Shown: piece after piece, positions 59,835 through 64,000 of the stretch
Numbering within the stretch: position 1 is the stretch's first letter
Layout: the number at the start of each line of letters is the position of its first letter
Source of the DNA: Candidatus Anstonellales archaeon
GTDB taxonomy: Archaea; Micrarchaeota; Micrarchaeia; Anstonellales; J096
DNA: 64,000 nucleotides
Reading direction: 5' to 3'
NCBI GenBank assembly: GCA_038890745.1
Contig: JAWAFD010000003.1
Location: 12,442 to 76,441 of the forward strand
The notes under the pieces: generated by a model
What the model was told of the DNA's origin: nothing
What the model saw: the letters and a program-made list of their open reading frames with translations, nothing else
Database searches by the model: none
Program-made: the position numbers and the translations under genes

Positions 59835-60689
59835 CTATTCCTCAAGCACGTTTAACCCTATTCTCTTCGCATACTCAAAAACCTTTTCATACTCTTCCGG
59901 CGTGATCCTTCTGTTTATTTCTGGAAATTCTTTTGCTCTGTAGTATGGAAAGTACTGTGCCATCACGTTCACTGCCGCATCCGGAGTATTTTCCTTTATC
60001 CAGTCCATTATTCTTATTGAATCCTCAGTATGGTTTGGCATCACAAGATGCCTTATCAAAACCCCCTCAACAGCTATTCCATTCCTAACCTTCAAACCTC
60101 CTTTTTGCCCGTACATTTCTTTTATGCATTCTGCCGCAACCTTTCCGTAATCCGGCGCGTTCAGATATTTTCTTGCGGCCTCTTTATCCATAAACTTAAA
60201 ATCCGGCATGTATATTTCAACAACGCCGTCCAGCATTTTTATTACATCAACAGAATCATACGTTCCTGTGTTGTACACGATCGGAATTTTCATCCCCATA
60301 TCCCTTGCTCTCTGTATCGCATCAACTATAAATGCGACCTGATGGGTTGGGGTTACTAGGTTTATGTTGTGGCATCCGTTCCTTTCAAGCTCAAGCATCA
60401 TCTCAGCTATTCTTTCTACGCTTGTTTCATACCCATCCATCAAGTGTGAGATGTCGTAGTTTTGGCAAAAAACGCACCCAAGATTACATCCAGTAAAAAA
60501 TATTGTTCCTGACCCCCTCCGTCCCCTTATTACCTTCTCCTCCCCATGATGAGGAAAGTAGGAGGAGACCATCGGCTTTCCATCAACTTTACAATACCCT
60601 CTCTGCCCGGCCATTCTGTTTACTCCGCATTTTCTTGGGCAGAGGTCGCATCTTTTCATTCTTTCATACAGAATTTCTGCCACTCTCAT
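59835..60689 (-). CDS. Radical SAM protein (PflX-like)
   Basis: CDLCPRKC; CNLGCVFCQN; YMPDFK; RHLVMP. Confidence 0.9.
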   Translation of the reverse strand: MRVAEILYERMKRCDLCPRKCGVNRMAGQRGYCKVDGKPMVSSYFPHHGEEKVIRGRRGSGTIFFTGCNLGCVFCQNYDISHLMDGYETSVERIAEMMLELERNGCHNINLVTPTHQVAFIVDAIQRARDMGMKIPIVYNTGTYDSVDVIKMLDGVVEIYMPDFKFMDKEAARKYLNAPDYGKVAAECIKEMYGQKGGLKVRNGIAVEGVLIRHLVMPNHTEDSIRIMDWIKENTPDAAVNVMAQYFPYYRAKEFPEINRRITPEEYEKVFEYAKRIGLNVLEE

Positions 60690-61978
60690 GGGTACACTCT
60701 TGTGATTGTTCTCGGGAACGGGATTGCATCCCTTATGTTTTCAAGATTTAAAACCCATTTCACAAACCTTTCAATTCCCAACCCAAACCCTGAGTGGGGA
60801 ATGCTTCCATACCTTCTCAGGTCAACATACCATTCGTAATCCTTTGGGTCCAGCTTAACCTCTTTCATCCTTGCTTCAAGCTCATCAAGTTTCCATATCC
60901 TTTCGCTCCCGCCTATGATCTCGCCGTGTCCTTTTGGCGCGAGCATATCATCGCACAGAACAGTACCTGGTTTTTTCGGGTCTTCTGGCATGTAGAATGG
61001 TTTTATTTTCTTAGGAAAATTGTGCACAAATATAGGCACATCATACTCCTCTGTCAGAATTGCCTCCTCATCAGCCCCAAAATCATCCCCATACCTCATT
61101 TTTCCTCCTAACCCATTCACTTTTTCAACTGCCTTTTCGTAATCTAGTCTTGGAAAAGGCGGCTTGACTTTCTTCAGCTCTTTTTCATCCCTTCCAAGAA
61201 TTTCTAAAATATCCGCGTTCTCTTTCACAAATTTCTGCACCGCATACGAAACCATCTGCTCCTGAATCTCCATGTTTTCTTTTTGCTCTACCCATGCCAT
61301 CTCGGGTTCAAGGTGCCAGTACTCAGCTAGGTGTTTTCTTGTTCTGCTCTTTTCTGCCCTGAAAGAGGGTGCAAGCACATACACCCTCTCCAGCCCAAAC
61401 ATCATCGCCTCTGCATAGAGCTGGGAGCTTTGTGTAAGGTAAGCTTTGCTTCCAAAATAATCTATCTCAAACATGTCTGCTCCTCCTTCACTTCCGCTTT
61501 TTGTTATTATTGGAGGAGCAACTTCGTAAAATCCATGCCCATTCAACCATTCCCTTAAGTATTCGACTAGAAAATGCCTTCCCTTCATTATCGCATTCAT
61601 CTTCCTGCTCCTTAGCCAAAGATGCCTAACATCCAATAAAAATTCCTCGCTCAAATCCTTCTGTATCGGAAAAGGAAGGCCTTGATGCACGACCTCGATT
61701 TCAGAAATTTTTATTTCATATCCGCCCGGCGCCCGCTCATCTTTCTTCATCTCTCCTTTCACCAAGATCGAGCTTTCAATGTATAGGTTTTCAGCATTCC
61801 TCCAAACCTTTTCCTCAACCCCATCCTTTTTCACAACCCCCTGTATTATTCCGCTCCCATCCCTCACAACTATGAATATTTTATCCTCCCCTAATATCCT
61901 ATGCCTGTACACCCATCCTCTTACGCTTACTTTTTTTCCTTCTTTCGCATCTTTAAGCAAATCTTTTATGCTCATCAT
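60686..61978 (-). CDS. asnS: Asparagine--tRNA ligase
   Basis: YLTQSSQLY, FRAEKSRT.KHL.EYW, EIIGGSER, WY.DLRRYG. Confidence 0.95.
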   Translation of the reverse strand: MMSIKDLLKDAKEGKKVSVRGWVYRHRILGEDKIFIVVRDGSGIIQGVVKKDGVEEKVWRNAENLYIESSILVKGEMKKDERAPGGYEIKISEIEVVHQGLPFPIQKDLSEEFLLDVRHLWLRSRKMNAIMKGRHFLVEYLREWLNGHGFYEVAPPIITKSGSEGGADMFEIDYFGSKAYLTQSSQLYAEAMMFGLERVYVLAPSFRAEKSRTRKHLAEYWHLEPEMAWVEQKENMEIQEQMVSYAVQKFVKENADILEILGRDEKELKKVKPPFPRLDYEKAVEKVNGLGGKMRYGDDFGADEEAILTEEYDVPIFVHNFPKKIKPFYMPEDPKKPGTVLCDDMLAPKGHGEIIGGSERIWKLDELEARMKEVKLDPKDYEWYVDLRRYGSIPHSGFGLGIERFVKWVLNLENIRDAIPFPRTITRVYP

Positions 61979-62985
61979 ATCTGCCCCGCAAGCTCTTTCA
62001 GCTCCCCCTTTATAAAATACCTCCTTTTTTTGAAAGCTGCGATGTTTTCACTTCCTGTTAAAAATAGGACGTTCCTGAACTGCATCTTCCATTTTTCTAT
62101 TTCCTCTTCAAGCCTTTTTTCATAAAGCGCTTTCAAAAAAGGGTATGCTCCGCCGAACATCTCAGCACCCAACGCAATTGCCTTTGCCCCATCCACACCA
62201 CTCCTTATTCCTCCGCTCGCAATTATTTTAACAACCCCTTTGCACATGAGAATGCTCAATGCAGTTGGGATCCCCCATTCCTCGAATCCTTCTGGTTCTC
62301 CGCCCCTCGCGTACTCTATCCTACTCCAGCTTGTTCCTCCTTTTCCTGCAACATCCACCCAACCCACCCCTGCTTCTTTCAGCTGCCATGCAACAGAAAA
62401 ACTTATTCCAGCGCCGGTCTCCTTTACGATTACTGGAAAGCTAGCATCCATCACCAGCTCCTCTATTTTTGAGAGAACGCCCTTCCAGTTCTTATCTCCT
62501 TCTCGTTGTATGCTTTCTTGAAGAGGATTGAGATGAACAGCCAGCGCATCTGCCTCAATTCCATTTACCATGTCCTCTATCTGCTTTATAGAATAATTTT
62601 TCAGCTGGCATGCACCTATGTTCCCTATAACAGGAATCGATGGAGCAACATCCTTTACGTAATACGTCTCTTTCATATTTCTGTCTTCAAGCATTGCTCT
62701 CTGGCTTCCCAGCCCAAGAGCGATCCTGTGGGTTTCGCATGTCTCTGCCAATTTTATGTTTATCCTTCCCGCTTCCTCAAACCCACCGGTAACCGCGGTG
62801 ATCATCATCGGTGCCGATAGGGTTTTTCCTAAAAATTTGTAACTTATGTCTATTTCTTTTCTATCCATTTCGGGGAGGGAGTTATGCACAAGCACTACAT
62901 CCTCAAATAAGCTTTTTCCTGTGTACTGCATTCCTTCATCCAGTGAAATCTTTATATGATCCTCCTTCCTTTTTTTTATGCTCAT
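61975..62985 (-). CDS. fni: Type 2 isopentenyl-diphosphate isomerase
   Basis: RKEDHI, GSQR, HLNPLQE, KETGAG, GGTSW. Confidence 0.95.
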   Translation of the reverse strand: MSIKKRKEDHIKISLDEGMQYTGKSLFEDVVLVHNSLPEMDRKEIDISYKFLGKTLSAPMMITAVTGGFEEAGRINIKLAETCETHRIALGLGSQRAMLEDRNMKETYYVKDVAPSIPVIGNIGACQLKNYSIKQIEDMVNGIEADALAVHLNPLQESIQREGDKNWKGVLSKIEELVMDASFPVIVKETGAGISFSVAWQLKEAGVGWVDVAGKGGTSWSRIEYARGGEPEGFEEWGIPTALSILMCKGVVKIIASGGIRSGVDGAKAIALGAEMFGGAYPFLKALYEKRLEEEIEKWKMQFRNVLFLTGSENIAAFKKRRYFIKGELKELAGQI

Positions 62986-63818
62986 TTTTTCCCCTCTATC
63001 ACAAAACTTCCGTACCCAACAACACCCTCGCTCTCAGCACTGTACCCAGATACCTTTACATCGCCAGAATTCGCATAATGTAAAAATTTTGCTTTATAGT
63101 CTGAAAGTTTTGAGTAAATAAGGAGTGCGGCGACAGGCCCAACACCGCATACAGAAAGTTCGTTCTTCTCAACAATTTCTATGAATTTTCTCGCATCGTT
63201 TGTTTCTATTCCTTTTATCGCAAGCCCATCCAAAACAGTTGCTTTGTTTGGAGGGATATAATGATTTAAATCCGTGCTTGCTATTACAACAACTTTTTCG
63301 CTCTCTACCCCTCTATAAATTGCTGTTCCTACATCCTCTGCAAAATCAAACCCCTGCTCCATCATGCTTATGGGGACTATTTTTATTTCAGGGTTTATGG
63401 TTTGCAAAAACGGAATCTGCACCTCTATACTATGCTCCCTCCTATGCCCTTCCTCATCAAAATCTATATACTGCCCCTCGCTTTGGATTTTTTTTCCTGT
63501 TTCCTTATCATTTTTCACAACTCCCAAAGGCGTCTGCCAATCCTCAAGAGAAAGGGAAATTATGCTTCCGGCCCCATAATGGTTTGGACCTATTAAAATT
63601 GCTGTTTCTGCTTTTTTTATCCTTTCCTCAAGAGCAGCGAAGGTTACACCTGCGACCTTACCAGAAAAAACATATCCTGCGTGCGGAACTATCCCACCGT
63701 AATATTTCATGCTCGGTTTTACTTTGCTCCTTCCGAACTCTAGAGCTTCTTCAACCATTTTCTTGAGCTGCCTCGCGCTTACAGGATAAAAACTTCCAGC
63801 GACAGCAGGAAACCTCAT
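62982..63818 (-). CDS. MEMO1 / AmmeMemoRadiSam protein B
   Basis: PAVAGSFYP, PHAGY, GPNH, EHSIEVQ.PFLQ, STDLNHY. Confidence 0.92.
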   Translation of the reverse strand: MRFPAVAGSFYPVSARQLKKMVEEALEFGRSKVKPSMKYYGGIVPHAGYVFSGKVAGVTFAALEERIKKAETAILIGPNHYGAGSIISLSLEDWQTPLGVVKNDKETGKKIQSEGQYIDFDEEGHRREHSIEVQIPFLQTINPEIKIVPISMMEQGFDFAEDVGTAIYRGVESEKVVVIASTDLNHYIPPNKATVLDGLAIKGIETNDARKFIEIVEKNELSVCGVGPVAALLIYSKLSDYKAKFLHYANSGDVKVSGYSAESEGVVGYGSFVIEGKK

Positions 63819-63825
63819 CCTATCA

Positions 63826-64000
63826 TCACCTCGCTAACGGATACCTCTCCATGTACATGTGAGCCTGAACAAAAGAAAGGTATGGCAATAGCAAAACTCC
63901 GTTGAAAAACAAAACAACATACCTTGCTATCTCGTAAGGCAGTATTGATTGTGCTACTAACTCAACCATCCCTAAAACAGCAAACCCAAAAACCGCCCAC
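63826..64000 (-). CDS. 3' end of a membrane protein truncated by the window edge
   Basis: Open frame WAVFGFAVLG...MERYPLAR* ending in the SD of the next gene. Confidence 0.6.
   Translation of the reverse strand, partial: WAVFGFAVLGMVELVAQSILPYEIARYVVLFFNGVLLLPYLSFVQAHMYMERYPLAR

Overview
Archaeal chromosomal window. Gene content, unlinked 16S, tRNA intron and leaderless TATA promoters suggest DPANN, probably Micrarchaeota (inference). (1) A stand-alone 16S rRNA gene (~1226-3994) is split by four bulge-helix-bulge (BHB) introns. Two are near-identical 45-nt hairpins at different sites. One 370-nt intron holds a decayed nuclease ORF. One 796-nt intron encodes an intact XRE-HTH + PD-(D/E)xK protein rather than a LAGLIDADG enzyme. 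rtcB lies ~1.9 kb away. (2) An AT-rich, complete type III-A CRISPR-Cas island: Csx1-Crn2 fusion, cas6, csm5/4/3/2, cas10, CARF-wHTH regulator, Cys-less cas4, cas1, cas2, and a 61-repeat array whose spacers run antisense to invader mRNAs, three of which tile one gene. (3) Housekeeping genes: ribosomal proteins, ndk, dph2, hjc, mvk, fni, purH, aspS, asnS, mre11, two tRNAs, two ECF transporters and a nucleoside-salvage cluster. (4) A nested GC-rich hairpin repeat downstream of tRNA-Ile, a 203-bp tandem duplication, and orphan genes sharing a promoter motif and basic tails. The strongest candidate for an undescribed system is the rRNA intron set: a non-LAGLIDADG putative homing nuclease plus apparently mobile mini-introns. 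All alignments, counts and E. coli numbering were done by eye.
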